Virus record (IMG/VR): IMGVR_UViG_3300037511_000274
Length of the DNA: 60,591 nt
Direction: 5' to 3' (one strand)
Source: a virus
Part shown: piece after piece, positions 41,319 through 50,659 of the stretch
Layout of the letters: the number at the start of each line of letters is the position of its first letter
Position numbering within the stretch: position 1 is the first letter of the stretch
The notes under the pieces: generated by a model
Databases searched by the model: none
Told to the model about the DNA's origin: nothing
Seen by the model: the letters and a program-made list of their open reading frames with translations, nothing else
Made by a program: the position numbers and the translations under genes

Positions 41319-44300
41319 TCATCCCACGTCGGCCAGTTGCGGGGCAGGCTGAGGCCCGGTGGCGATGAAGTCCGCCGTTACCTGGCGCACCCGGCCGATC
41401 TTCACGATCTTGACGGAGGAGCCCACGGGGGCCGCCCAGACCTCGGCCGCGTCGCTCGGGGAGACGAGAACCAGCGGCCGGTTGAGCACCGTCAGGAGCT
41501 GGGCCAGCTCGGCCTCGCTCTCCACGGCCGTGCTCAGGTGGAGGTTCCGGCCGCCGGGCGGCGCCGAGGTGACGTACCGGCCGCCCATCACGCCGGTGGC
41601 CGCCGTGAACGGCCGGTCCACGTCCCAGGTGAAGATCCCGCCCACGGCCGCGAACAGCGGACCGTCCGCGTTCTCGCTCCGGATCAGGTGCTGGTCATCG
41701 TCCCAGACCAGGCAGAACTCCTCGGGCGGCGCCGGGGGCGTCGGCTCCTCCACAAGCTGGATGAACGCCACCTCCTCGTACGGGGGCTCGGCCGTGGAGT
41801 TCGCCCAGGTGCCCGAGGTCGAGCCGCCCACCGTGGGCGTGGTGGAGTCGGTGCTGGGCGCCGTGTGAGTGTGGGTGCCCAGGGCCACCGTCACGATGTT
41901 GGTGTTGTTGATGGCGGCCGTGGCCGCCCCGGCGCTGGCCAGGCTCTGGGTGTGGGTGTGGCCCGAGGTCGAGTGGTCGCTGTGGCTGGAGGTCGAGTGG
42001 CTGTGCGGGTTGAGGGAGCCGCCGGTCTGGCCGAACGTGCCAACGGTGCCCTGGGGGTACTTGCCGAAGAACGAGGGCGTCCCGTTCGTCCCGTCGCACA
42101 ACTGCCAGTGCTTGGGGATTGAGCCGAGCGAGCCGCGCCACGCACAGATGAGGCCCACCGGGAGATCCGGCACGCCCGAGGTGTTCTGGCGCGCCCGGAT
42201 CGTGAAGTAGGGGATGTAGTCCCCGACCCGGCCCGAGGTGACCCCGGCCGCGCTGGAGCCCAGAGCCGCCGTGGCCGTGCTGGCCGCCGAGATCGAGTGG
42301 CTGTGGCTCCCCGTCCACAGGGCTTGGGTGGACCCGGCAAACAGGCTCTTGTTGCTGGTGACCGAGCCCGAGGTGGACGAGTGCGTGTGGGAGGTGCCGG
42401 TGTGCGTGTGCGCGCCCACCGTGTGGGTGTGGCCCTCCATCGCGCTGGCCACCTGGACTCCGCCGTCCGCACCGGCCGCCGCGCCCTTCAGGTAGCGGCC
42501 GTGGGCGTTGGCGTAGTCCGTCCAGCCTGACACTGAAATGTCAGGCATGAGGCCCATGGCGTTGTTCGGCACGCCCGCCGGGGTGCCGTCCGATTCCATC
42601 CAGATCACGTCCAGCCGGACCGGGTCGTTGGCCACGCTGCTGGTGCTCGGCGTGGCCGAGCCGGACGAGACGCTGTCCGTGCTCGTGCTCGGCACGGTGT
42701 GGGTGTGGCTGGACAGAATGGCCGTGGTGCCGGTGGCCCCGTCGTTGCCCGGGGTCGTCCCGCTGGCCGCGCCGCTGGCGCCGGTGGTGGTGTGGCTGTG
42801 GCTCAGGCTGTGGGTGTGGCTGGGCACCGTGTGGGTGTGCGTGGCCGCCCCGCCGGTGGTGCCGGGCTGGGTCGAGCTGCTGGCCACCTGCTTGGGGTAC
42901 TTGCCGTCCAGCGCCGTGGTCCGGGTCCAGCCGCTCGGGACGCTGGCGTTGGTGCTGGGCCACATCACGATCAGGCCCGCCGGGACGCCGGTGTCGAACG
43001 AGTCGGACCAGTCGGACACCCGGAGTGCCCCGTCCACCCTCCCCACCGTGCGCGCCCGGTAGTAGGAGCAGCACGGATCCGGGGTGTGCTCGCACGTAGC
43101 GCCCACGCCGGTCCGGGGGAGGGAGTAGTCCACGTAGGTGGCGCACTCGTCGGTGGCCAGCGGGCCGAGGATGGCGACGCTGGTCAGCCGCTGGTCCGAG
43201 GTGATGCTGGCCGGGTTGGAGACGGTCCAGAGGTTGCCCTGGTCGTCGGTGAACGAGGTGGTCCCCGCCATCCGGCCGGTGAAGTCCGGCGAGACGATCA
43301 GGGCGCCGTCCGCGCTGTTGCGCACCTCGGCCCAGTAGACCCGGCCCGTGAACCGGTTGAACTCGCCCTGGTACTTGCCGACGTAGTAGCCCGCCGTGCT
43401 GTTGAACAGCGAGGTGGTCCCGCCGCCCGAGTTGGTGATGGGGTCGCTGAAGGCCACCCAGGCGCCGGTCTCGTCCATCGCCTCGAACGTGACCGCGTAG
43501 CCCCCGGCGCCGTCGTCCACGTCCAGGCGCACGCGCATGGTCACCCGGCCGTAGCCGTCGATCGGGGGCCGCGAGGTGGCGCGCGCAAAGAAGGTGTTGG
43601 CGCCGTCGGTGCTCCAGACCAGCATCGGGATCCCGATCAGACTGGGGTCTCCGTTGCCGTCCGCGTCCAGGCTCAGCCGCCACGAGCGCTGGCTGACCCC
43701 GTCGTTGTTGTAGTGGGCCACCAGGGTCTCGTCCCCGGCCGGGCGCCAGTCGTCCGAGCGCTGGGCCGAGACGATCACCTCCAGGTCGGCGGGCACCGTG
43801 CCGGGGTTGGGCGTGGAGGCGTAAGCGTTGGATCCGGCCGTGCCGGGGAGATCGAGGTAGCCGCCCTGGGCACAGTCCACCCGCTGGATCTCCACGTACG
43901 CCTCGGCGCCGTCGAAGTCGTCCACCAGCGGCGCGCACGCCTCGATCGAGTAGAACGGCGTGTCCGCCACCGGCGTGACGGCAGGCTGGTCCGGCACCTG
44001 GACCGAGCCCACCGAGATGGTGAACGAGGTGGTGACCTCGGCGCTGGCGTACGCGGTGTTGCTCCCCAGGGTGGACCAGACCTGGGCGTGGGCCACGTAC
44101 GCGCCGTTGTCCAGGGCGGCCGTGGCCTGGTTGGTGGCCGGGCCGCTGACCACGCCGGTGTCCCAGACGATGGCGCCGCTCAGGGTCACCCAGTACCGGT
44201 ACTGGCGCCCCGAGAGGCCGTCCAGGTCCGGCGTACCCACGGTGATGGTGGGCTGGGCCGTGTCACCGATGGTGGCGCTCGGCGTGCCGGTGCCGTCCAG

Positions 44301-44750
44301 CACCTGGAGGGTGAACGTGGGCGCCTCGCGCGAGTCCACGTCCAGGTACAGCTCCTCCAGCTTGACGCCGGTGGACTGGCCGGTCACGTAGCACGAGAGC
44401 ACCGTGGAGCCGTCCGCCGGGACGCCGGTCCCCCACGAACCGGTCACCGTCCCCGGGGAGGAGGAGAACTGGGCGGCCACGCCAGCGACCAGGCCGCCGG
44501 ACGCCAGCCGCACGGCGCCCCAGGCGTCCCCGTCCTCGCCCCGCATCCGGAGCCGGGCCTGGTGGCGCCGCTCGCCCACCGGCGGCGCGTCGGCCGGGGT
44601 CGCCAGGATCAGGGCCGAGCCCGAGCCGGACCACGTGTCATAGGTCGAATCGTTGTCGTCCGAGGTGGCGCTGTGGAGCGTGCCGCTGCTGGCCGTCCAG
44701 CCGACCCCGGACGAGGTGGCGGACGGCCGCAGCGTGGTGATGGTGCCCAT
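41319..44750 (-). CDS. giant tail protein, paralogous in its C-terminal two thirds to 38448-41288, 1143 aa
   Basis: VPSGWTRTTALDG...ATHTHTVPSHTHSLSHSHT, GHTHTVGAHTHTGTSHTHS, PHSHSTSSHSDHSTSGHTHT and GTHTHTAPS. Confidence 0.8.
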   Translation of the reverse strand: MGTITTLRPSATSSGVGWTASSGTLHSATSDDNDSTYDTWSGSGSALILATPADAPPVGERRHQARLRMRGEDGDAWGAVRLASGGLVAGVAAQFSSSPGTVTGSWGTGVPADGSTVLSCYVTGQSTGVKLEELYLDVDSREAPTFTLQVLDGTGTPSATIGDTAQPTITVGTPDLDGLSGRQYRYWVTLSGAIVWDTGVVSGPATNQATAALDNGAYVAHAQVWSTLGSNTAYASAEVTTSFTISVGSVQVPDQPAVTPVADTPFYSIEACAPLVDDFDGAEAYVEIQRVDCAQGGYLDLPGTAGSNAYASTPNPGTVPADLEVIVSAQRSDDWRPAGDETLVAHYNNDGVSQRSWRLSLDADGNGDPSLIGIPMLVWSTDGANTFFARATSRPPIDGYGRVTMRVRLDVDDGAGGYAVTFEAMDETGAWVAFSDPITNSGGGTTSLFNSTAGYYVGKYQGEFNRFTGRVYWAEVRNSADGALIVSPDFTGRMAGTTSFTDDQGNLWTVSNPASITSDQRLTSVAILGPLATDECATYVDYSLPRTGVGATCEHTPDPCCSYYRARTVGRVDGALRVSDWSDSFDTGVPAGLIVMWPSTNASVPSGWTRTTALDGKYPKQVASSSTQPGTTGGAATHTHTVPSHTHSLSHSHTTTGASGAASGTTPGNDGATGTTAILSSHTHTVPSTSTDSVSSGSATPSTSSVANDPVRLDVIWMESDGTPAGVPNNAMGLMPDISVSGWTDYANAHGRYLKGAAAGADGGVQVASAMEGHTHTVGAHTHTGTSHTHSSTSGSVTSNKSLFAGSTQALWTGSHSHSISAASTATAALGSSAAGVTSGRVGDYIPYFTIRARQNTSGVPDLPVGLICAWRGSLGSIPKHWQLCDGTNGTPSFFGKYPQGTVGTFGQTGGSLNPHSHSTSSHSDHSTSGHTHTQSLASAGAATAAINNTNIVTVALGTHTHTAPSTDSTTPTVGGSTSGTWANSTAEPPYEEVAFIQLVEEPTPPAPPEEFCLVWDDDQHLIRSENADGPLFAAVGGIFTWDVDRPFTAATGVMGGRYVTSAPPGGRNLHLSTAVESEAELAQLLTVLNRPLVLVSPSDAAEVWAAPVGSSVKIVKIGRVRQVTADFIATGPQPAPQLADVG
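42527..42544. promoter_or_regulatory. orphan dyad CTGACACTGAAATGTCAG (6-bp arms)
   Basis: Encodes PDISVSG with ATT, TCA and TCA codons. Confidence 0.45.
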
Positions 44751-44758
44751 GTCCTCCC

Positions 44759-47700
44759 CTAACCCTGGGCGTTGGCCAGGGCCTCCAGCAGCGCCTCGGC
44801 GGCATCCTCGCCCGCCTTGGTGCCGCCACCCTGGATCACGATGGCGCCAGGCGCCAGGGTCACGTTAACGGTCCGGCCCGAGCCGCCGGTGGGAGCGGTC
44901 GCGCTGGCGCCGTCCCCTCCCCGGGCCGCGCCCGCCGTGAACGAGGGAAGCTCGGCGGTCAGCCCGGCCAGCTTCTTGCGGATCGAGCCGAACTCGTCCT
45001 GGAGCCCGTCCCCGAACCCGGCCATGACCATCCGGCCCGAGTCCCGGAGGATCTTCTGGTCCACCTCGGCCGGACCCTTCCAGTCCGGGAGCATGCTGGT
45101 CAGCGAGCCCAGCAGGGACTTGACCCGGCCGAATCCAGCCTGGATGCCCGAGATCAGACCACTGATGATCTTGGAACCGGCCGAGACCAGCCAGCTCCCG
45201 GCGCCCGCGAACGCGCCGGTAACCGCGCTCTTGACCGAGCCGATCTTGGCCCGTACCGCGCCGATCTGGTTGGCGATGCCGTTGACCAGGCCCTGGATGA
45301 TCCGGACCCCGGCCGAGATCAGCCAGCTTGCCGCGCTGGCCACCGCGCCCAGGATGGCGGACTTCACGCTGTTGATGGCCGAGCGCGCCCGGCCCACGCC
45401 GCTGGAGATGATCGAGCTGGCGAACCCCACCATCAGCTTGACGCCCGCCGCGATCATCGCGCCGAGCACGCTCAGCAGCGCGTTGACCATCGCGATGTTG
45501 ATCTGGGCGATGCCTCGCACGATCGAGGGGATCGAGCGGATCAGCGCGCCCAGCAGCGCGAGCATGAGCTGGCCCGCCGCGCTCGCAATCTGGGGACCGT
45601 TCTGCTGGAGCACCGTCACGAACGTGGGGATCAGCACGCCCGAGATGAAATTGATAATCATGGGCATGGCCGTGCCGAACGCATTGGCCAGCGCCACGAT
45701 CATCTTCACACCCGCGTCGATGATCTGCGGGTTGTTCTTCAACAGGTTGGTGATCTGCGGAATCAGCGTCCCGGTGATGAACGTGGTCAGCAGGCCGATG
45801 TTTTGCGCCCACGCCTGGAGCAATTGCTGGAGCACGGCAATACCCGCCTGAATGAACTCGGGCGCGTGCTGGAACAACTGCGTGATGGCCGGGATGATCT
45901 GGGTCGAGATCACATTGGCGATGATCCCGATATTGGACACCCAGCCCTGCATAAAGGTCTGGATGGCCTGGATGCCCTGCTGGATGAGCTGCGGTCCCTG
46001 GGTGCGCAGCGTGTTGATCAGGGTCGGGATCACCTGGGTCTGAATCGCGCTCACAAGCTGGGGGAGCGCGTTGCCGATGCCCTGGACGATGGCCACCAGC
46101 AGGTTGGTCCCGAGGAGCAGGAGCTGGGGCACGGCCGCGATCAGGGCCGAGATGATCTTGGGGATCGCCTGGATCAGCGCGGTGTAGAGCGAGGGCAGGG
46201 CGCCGAGGATGCCCTGGATCAGGCCCTGGATCAGCCGGAGCCCGGCCGAGATGATCGTGGGGATCAGGCCGATGATGCCGGTCACCAGCGTGGTCACGAT
46301 GTTGACGATGGCCGGGAGCAGCGTAGGCAGAGCGCGCACGATCCCGTCGGCCAGGCCGTTGATCAGCTCCCCGGCCGCCGCCACGACCTTGGGCACGGTC
46401 TGGACCAGGCCGTTCACCAGCGTGGTGGCGATGGCGACGATCCCCGAGATCAACTGGGGGATGATCGTGGGGAGCTGCTGGGCGATACCGAGCACGATCT
46501 GGATCACGGCGTCCAAGATTTGCTGCTTGAACGCGAGGAATTTCTGAATCAGGCCCGGCAGATTGTTGATGATGTAATTCAGGCCCTTGGTGACGATTGA
46601 CTTTATGCTGTCAACCACCCGGTCAAAGAAGCCCGGCGAGAACGCCTTTTCGATGATGTCGAATACCTGGCCGACCGAGGCGCCACCCTTGAAGGCGTCC
46701 CACGCTTCTTTCAGAATGGCGGGCAGCGGGCCGAGGAAGTTCTTTACCGCGACATAGGCGCGCGCCAGCCAGCCGATGAACTCGCCCAGCCAGCGGATCA
46801 CCTGACCGAGTCCCCGGATCAGATCCTGGAAGAAAATGGTGGCCTCGGGGCCGCTGGCCGCGATGTTGCCCAGGAAGTTCGAGATGGACTGGCCGAACCC
46901 GCCGAACTCCTTGGCGATCCCCTTCAGGAACGGGTTGGCCGCCGCCATCAGGTCCAGGAACCCCGGGAGGGAGTTGTGGACCAGCTCGGCCAGCCCCTTG
47001 GTGAACGGGACGATGGCCGGGGCCAGGATGCCGAACGCGGAGCGGATGATCGGCATGTCCCGGACCGCCTGGTCCCGGAACAGCGCGAGCGCGTCAAGGA
47101 GCGGCTGGGCAATCGGCTTGGCCGCCTTGGCGAACTCGGTCTCGATCGACTTGCCGATCTTGGCCGCCGCCGCCGCGAACTCGGGGTTGGTCTTGGCCAG
47201 CACCTTGGCGCCGATGCCGATCAGTCCGGCCGAGGCGCCAAAGATGATCCCGCTGGCGATCAGCGCACCGGCCGCCGGGCCGACCACGGCCGCGAGCCCG
47301 GCCACGGCGGTCAGCCCGGCCGTGATGAGCGCCGGGCCGATCAGCTTGGGGAGGGTGCTCAGGCCGCCGGTGAGCGCGTTGGCGAACAGGGTTGCGGAGT
47401 CGGTCCCCGTCCGGCCGAACAGGCCCGCCAGAAAGCGCCTGATGGCGTTGCCGTCGGTGTTCTTCTTGACCGCCTTGGGCAGGGCCTTGCCGAACGCCTT
47501 GCCGCCCGCGTCCCCGCCCTCGCTGCCCGCCTTCTCGCCCTCGGCCACGAACCGGCCGGTGAACGCGTCCCGGAGCCGCCCATCGGAGCCCCGGACAACC
47601 CCGTCCCCGAAGTCCTCGCCCGCGCGCTCGCCCGCCTTGCGCGCGCCGTCCTCGTCCACCGGCACCTTGACCGGGTCCAGGTCGATGCGGTCCAGGGCGC

Positions 47701-47782
47701 GGTTGAGGTCTCGTTCGGTCTGCCGGGCGAAGTCCCGGACATCGCCTTCAACCTCTACGCTTGCTGATCCGACATCGGCCAC
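44759..47782 (-). CDS. tape measure protein
   Basis: 1007 aa. N-terminal VEVEGDVRDFARQ...LNRAL. Long hydrophobic and helical repeats. Position before the minor tail genes. Confidence 0.9.
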   Translation of the reverse strand: MADVGSASVEVEGDVRDFARQTERDLNRALDRIDLDPVKVPVDEDGARKAGERAGEDFGDGVVRGSDGRLRDAFTGRFVAEGEKAGSEGGDAGGKAFGKALPKAVKKNTDGNAIRRFLAGLFGRTGTDSATLFANALTGGLSTLPKLIGPALITAGLTAVAGLAAVVGPAAGALIASGIIFGASAGLIGIGAKVLAKTNPEFAAAAAKIGKSIETEFAKAAKPIAQPLLDALALFRDQAVRDMPIIRSAFGILAPAIVPFTKGLAELVHNSLPGFLDLMAAANPFLKGIAKEFGGFGQSISNFLGNIAASGPEATIFFQDLIRGLGQVIRWLGEFIGWLARAYVAVKNFLGPLPAILKEAWDAFKGGASVGQVFDIIEKAFSPGFFDRVVDSIKSIVTKGLNYIINNLPGLIQKFLAFKQQILDAVIQIVLGIAQQLPTIIPQLISGIVAIATTLVNGLVQTVPKVVAAAGELINGLADGIVRALPTLLPAIVNIVTTLVTGIIGLIPTIISAGLRLIQGLIQGILGALPSLYTALIQAIPKIISALIAAVPQLLLLGTNLLVAIVQGIGNALPQLVSAIQTQVIPTLINTLRTQGPQLIQQGIQAIQTFMQGWVSNIGIIANVISTQIIPAITQLFQHAPEFIQAGIAVLQQLLQAWAQNIGLLTTFITGTLIPQITNLLKNNPQIIDAGVKMIVALANAFGTAMPMIINFISGVLIPTFVTVLQQNGPQIASAAGQLMLALLGALIRSIPSIVRGIAQINIAMVNALLSVLGAMIAAGVKLMVGFASSIISSGVGRARSAINSVKSAILGAVASAASWLISAGVRIIQGLVNGIANQIGAVRAKIGSVKSAVTGAFAGAGSWLVSAGSKIISGLISGIQAGFGRVKSLLGSLTSMLPDWKGPAEVDQKILRDSGRMVMAGFGDGLQDEFGSIRKKLAGLTAELPSFTAGAARGGDGASATAPTGGSGRTVNVTLAPGAIVIQGGGTKAGEDAAEALLEALANAQG
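46596..46613. promoter_or_regulatory. orphan dyad TTGACTTTATGCTGTCAA (perfect TTGAC-N8-GTCAA) in the tape measure gene
   Basis: Encodes VDSIKSI with ATA and TCA codons. Confidence 0.45.
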
Positions 47783-47795
47783 GTGACCAGCGTAG

Positions 47796-47813
47796 TTGGC
47801 ACTTAACTGTCAC
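47796..47813. promoter_or_regulatory. weak dyad TTGGCACTTAACTGTCAC between the tape measure gene and the plus-strand HTH gene
   Basis: Both arms match 4 of 5. Lies 14 nt from the tape measure start and 42 nt from ATG 47855. Confidence 0.3.
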
Positions 47814-47854
47814 GGCACCCCGGGGCAAGGGGGCATTTCGCGTAGGCTGTCCGC

Positions 47855-48337
47855 ATGGACGTTTCAGCGGCCCAGCTCACCAACACCGGCGACATGGTCC
47901 AGGTGGTGGATCCCGGCTTCCCCTACACGGTGGACATCTACCTGGCCGGGGGCACCGAGCGCCCCCAGGTGAAGGGCCTTGTGGTGTGGGCACGGCCGGA
48001 CGAGGAGGGCGCGATCGAGCCGATCACCTCCACCGTGCTGGCCCAGCTCCCCATCCGGCAACTGGCCAGCGTGGCCGCCAGCGAGCTACAGGGGGAGGGT
48101 GAGGCCCAATACCGGATGCTGGCCCGGCCGCGCCCCAGCGGCTCTAGGAGCTGGCCGCCGGACCACTTCGAGCGCGTGGCGCGCGTGGCCGCTTGGGCAC
48201 GCCGGACGGGGCGCCCTGGTGGCGCTGCTGGGGCTGTGAGCGAGTTCTGGGCTGTGCACTACCGGACGGCTCGGCGCTGGATTGCTGAGGCGGCCCCTGG
48301 CCCGGAACCGACGGCGCCGGGCGCGGCCCGGCCATAG
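47855..48337 (+). CDS. helix-turn-helix protein, 160 aa (candidate regulator), apparently leaderless
   Basis: ATG 6 nt after TAGGCT. Very high GC3 in the first 96 codons. C-terminal VSEFWAVHYRTARRWIAEA is HTH-like. Confidence 0.7.
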   Translation: MDVSAAQLTNTGDMVQVVDPGFPYTVDIYLAGGTERPQVKGLVVWARPDEEGAIEPITSTVLAQLPIRQLASVAASELQGEGEAQYRMLARPRPSGSRSWPPDHFERVARVAAWARRTGRPGGAAGAVSEFWAVHYRTARRWIAEAAPGPEPTAPGAARP

Positions 48338-48842
48338 CCTCGAACTCGGTCAGGACCCGCTCGCTCGGCGTGCGCTTCTTGCCGGGCTGGGTCAGCGCCT
48401 CGTTCTCCAGGATGGCCTCGAACTTGGTCCGGGCCTCGTCCGGCAAGTTGCCGATGATAACGGCGTAGACCGCGTCCAGCGCGGCGCCGATCGAGACCAC
48501 GTCCCAGCGGAGCCCGATCTGGGCGAGGTGGCCGCCGATGGTCGGCCAGTTGCCGTCCGCCGCCAGCGCGAGCACGAGGGAGACGTGGAGCGAGCGGCCG
48601 GTGGCCTCCTCGATGGCGTCCACGCACGCCTCGCCCAGGTCGGCCGCCGAGAGCTTGCCGTCCAGGATCAGTTCGTCCAGGTCGGAACTTGACGGTAAAA
48701 GGTCAAGAACCTGGCGCGGCTGGACCGAGGTCAGGACCGGCCACCAGTCCACGGCCGGAAGCGCCGGGATCTCGAACTCCCGGCCGCCCAGGTCCATGGT
48801 GATGGCCCAGCAGCGCATCGACGCAACCGGGTCAACGTCCAC
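48144..48842 (-). CDS. tail-assembly-chaperone-like protein with low-complexity C-terminal tail, 232 aa
   Basis: MDLGGREFEIPALPAVDWWPVL.... Its last 194 nt overlap the convergent gene 47855-48337. Confidence 0.65.
   Translation of the reverse strand: MDVDPVASMRCWAITMDLGGREFEIPALPAVDWWPVLTSVQPRQVLDLLPSSSDLDELILDGKLSAADLGEACVDAIEEATGRSLHVSLVLALAADGNWPTIGGHLAQIGLRWDVVSIGAALDAVYAVIIGNLPDEARTKFEAILENEALTQPGKKRTPSERVLTEFEAMAGPRPAPSVPGQGPPQQSSAEPSGSAQPRTRSQPQQRHQGAPSGVPKRPRAPRARSGPAASS
48689..48706. promoter_or_regulatory. orphan dyad TTGACGGTAAAAGGTCAA (perfect TTGAC-N8-GTCAA)
   Basis: Encodes VLDLLPSS with GTT, CTT, CTT, TTA, TCA and AGT codons. Confidence 0.5.
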
Positions 48843-48956
48843 GGCGCTTCTTCCTCTTCACGCGGAACGAACGCTGGAGGGGGAGGAGGATGGCGCGCTC
48901 AGCGTTGCGCGCCCGGCGCTCGGCCGCCCGGCGCTGGGTCCTCCTCCCCCGCGAGT

Positions 48957-49367
48957 TCATCGCCCGGCCACCAGCCGGGCGGTCTCCAGCAGGCGGGTCA
49001 CGCTGTCCTCGGGCGTGGCGCCGTCCCACTTCGGGGCGTGCGGAAGCTCGGGCACGGCCGCGAACTCGTCCCAGTGCTTCAGCTTGTAGTGGTACGTGAT
49101 CACGCCGGTGGGGAGCCGGATGCCCACGATGAAATACCCGCCCTCGAACATCGGGTCATCGTCCGGGTGGTGGGCCTTGGACCGCCACGAGTCCCCGTCC
49201 CCGGCCGCCGCAGCGGCCAGCACGGCGGTCAGCGCCAGCCGGTGGGCGTACAGATCCTCGAACGTGTGATGGCCGTCGGAGACCTCGATCCCCTTGCCCA
49301 GCACGTCGATCCGGATCGTACGGCCCTCGATCGTCGTGACCCGGTACTCCTCGTCCCCGGCGGTCAT
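48957..49367 (-). CDS. hypothetical protein, 136 aa
   Basis: Start trimmed to ATG 49367 (ATGA overlap). The track N-terminus is Arg/Pro/Gly-rich with no coding-like composition. Confidence 0.75.
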   Translation of the reverse strand: MTAGDEEYRVTTIEGRTIRIDVLGKGIEVSDGHHTFEDLYAHRLALTAVLAAAAAGDGDSWRSKAHHPDDDPMFEGGYFIVGIRLPTGVITYHYKLKHWDEFAAVPELPHAPKWDGATPEDSVTRLLETARLVAGR

Positions 49368-49765
49368 GCCTGGGGCCGATCCGCAATCGGGCGCGGCTGG
49401 GGCTGACCGGCGCCGTAGTTGCCCACCGGCGGGTCCACGACGGTGGCCGGGCGCGGCACCGGGCCGGGCTTGCCCTGCTGGTCCCGGATGCCCGCTCGGA
49501 CCGCCCAGTCCTTGGCCTCCACGAGCTTGTTCAGCGCCGTGGTCAGCTCGGCCGAGTCGGACCGGATCGTGGCCACCAGCTCGGCGCCGGTCTGGTAGAG
49601 CGGCCGGGAGAACGCTCTCAGCGGCTCGGGGAGGTGGGAGAACGCCAGCCAGGCCATGGCCGTGACCACGCCCGGGTGCCGCCCCTCGGTGAGCCGGGCC
49701 GCGTGTTCGGCCGTGCCCAGGATGAATGCCGGGTCCTGCTCCCGGCCCAAGCTCTCCACGGTCAT
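49364..49765 (-). CDS. hypothetical tail-module protein, 133 aa
   Basis: ATGA overlap start at 49765. Its frame is -1 relative to the upstream gene. Confidence 0.75.
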   Translation of the reverse strand: MTVESLGREQDPAFILGTAEHAARLTEGRHPGVVTAMAWLAFSHLPEPLRAFSRPLYQTGAELVATIRSDSAELTTALNKLVEAKDWAVRAGIRDQQGKPGPVPRPATVVDPPVGNYGAGQPQPRPIADRPQA

Positions 49766-50214
49766 GCCGTCGCCTTCTTCCGGGCCGCCTTCTTGGCGGG
49801 CTTGGCGGACTTGGTGGCGCGCCGCGCGGCGCGGTTGCTGGTCGCGTTGGCCTCCTCGGCTGCATCCGCGAACCCGTCCACCACCAGGGCGATGAACGGC
49901 GCCAGGCCCTTGAACGTGAGCGTGCCGTCCAGGAACTGATCGTCCATCCACTCCACGTCGGCCTTGTTGACCAGGATGGTGTCCACGATCCGCCGGAGCC
50001 GGTCCAGCGAGCGCATGACCTGGGAGCCGGTCCAGGTCTCGTCCGGCGGCGCCTCGGTCAGGCTCTTGACCGTGCGGTCCCAGACCAGGAGCTGTTCCGG
50101 GGTCGGCATGTGCGTCCAGATCCCCCGGCCCATGAACTGGACCTCTACCTCCGGGATCGTCACTTCCTCCTCGGCGGGCTCGGCCGCCACCTGTTCAGTC
50201 ATGGGTGCCACCAT
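49762..50214 (-). CDS. hypothetical tail-module protein with Lys/Ala-rich tail (possible chaperone), 150 aa
   Basis: High GC3. Alternative ATG at 50202. Confidence 0.75.
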   Translation of the reverse strand: MVAPMTEQVAAEPAEEEVTIPEVEVQFMGRGIWTHMPTPEQLLVWDRTVKSLTEAPPDETWTGSQVMRSLDRLRRIVDTILVNKADVEWMDDQFLDGTLTFKGLAPFIALVVDGFADAAEEANATSNRAARRATKSAKPAKKAARKKATA

Positions 50215-50235
50215 ACTCCAGATTGAGGGGACATC

Positions 50236-50643
50236 TCACCGGTGGACGGTCATGCCCTCCTGGGCCGCCGTCTCCAGCAGCGCGGTCCGCAGGAACGGAC
50301 GGCCCCGCCGGGCGGGCTGGCGCACCGAGCGCGCATAGACCACGCGGCCGTCCACCACGAACCGGAGGTAGCCGCCGCCCCGAGCGCGGATGGTGAGGGC
50401 TCGCCTCCCCTCGTGCACGGCCGCCGCGTAGCGCGCGGTGTACTCCACCCGGCCGACCACGAGCGCGCCCCGGTCCCCGAGGGTCATGCTGCCCGAGGCC
50501 CGGAGGTTGCCGGTGTCCACGGGGCACAGGATCTGGGAGCGGTTGAACGTCCGGCGGGTCACCTTGCTGACGATCTTGCGCGCGCCGTTCATCCCTACGG
50601 CCTGGAGCTTGGGCCGGTCGATGATCAGACGGTGGCGCACCAT
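50236..50643 (-). CDS. HK97 gp10-like head-tail joining protein
   Basis: CPVDTGNLRASG...YAAAVHEGRR...GRPFLRTAL. Start trimmed to ATG 50643. Confidence 0.75.
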   Translation of the reverse strand: MVRHRLIIDRPKLQAVGMNGARKIVSKVTRRTFNRSQILCPVDTGNLRASGSMTLGDRGALVVGRVEYTARYAAAVHEGRRALTIRARGGGYLRFVVDGRVVYARSVRQPARRGRPFLRTALLETAAQEGMTVHR

Positions 50644-50659
50644 GCCGCCAGCATACGGG

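Noticed and set aside
49766-49951. A programmed -1 frameshift joining 49762-50214 (G-like) to 49364-49765 (T-like), as in tail assembly chaperones.
   Set aside because: The downstream frame is indeed -1 and open for 186 nt of overlap. However, no X_XXY_YYZ slippery heptamer was found in the overlap, and the downstream gene has its own ATGA-coupled start. It cannot be excluded without proteomics.
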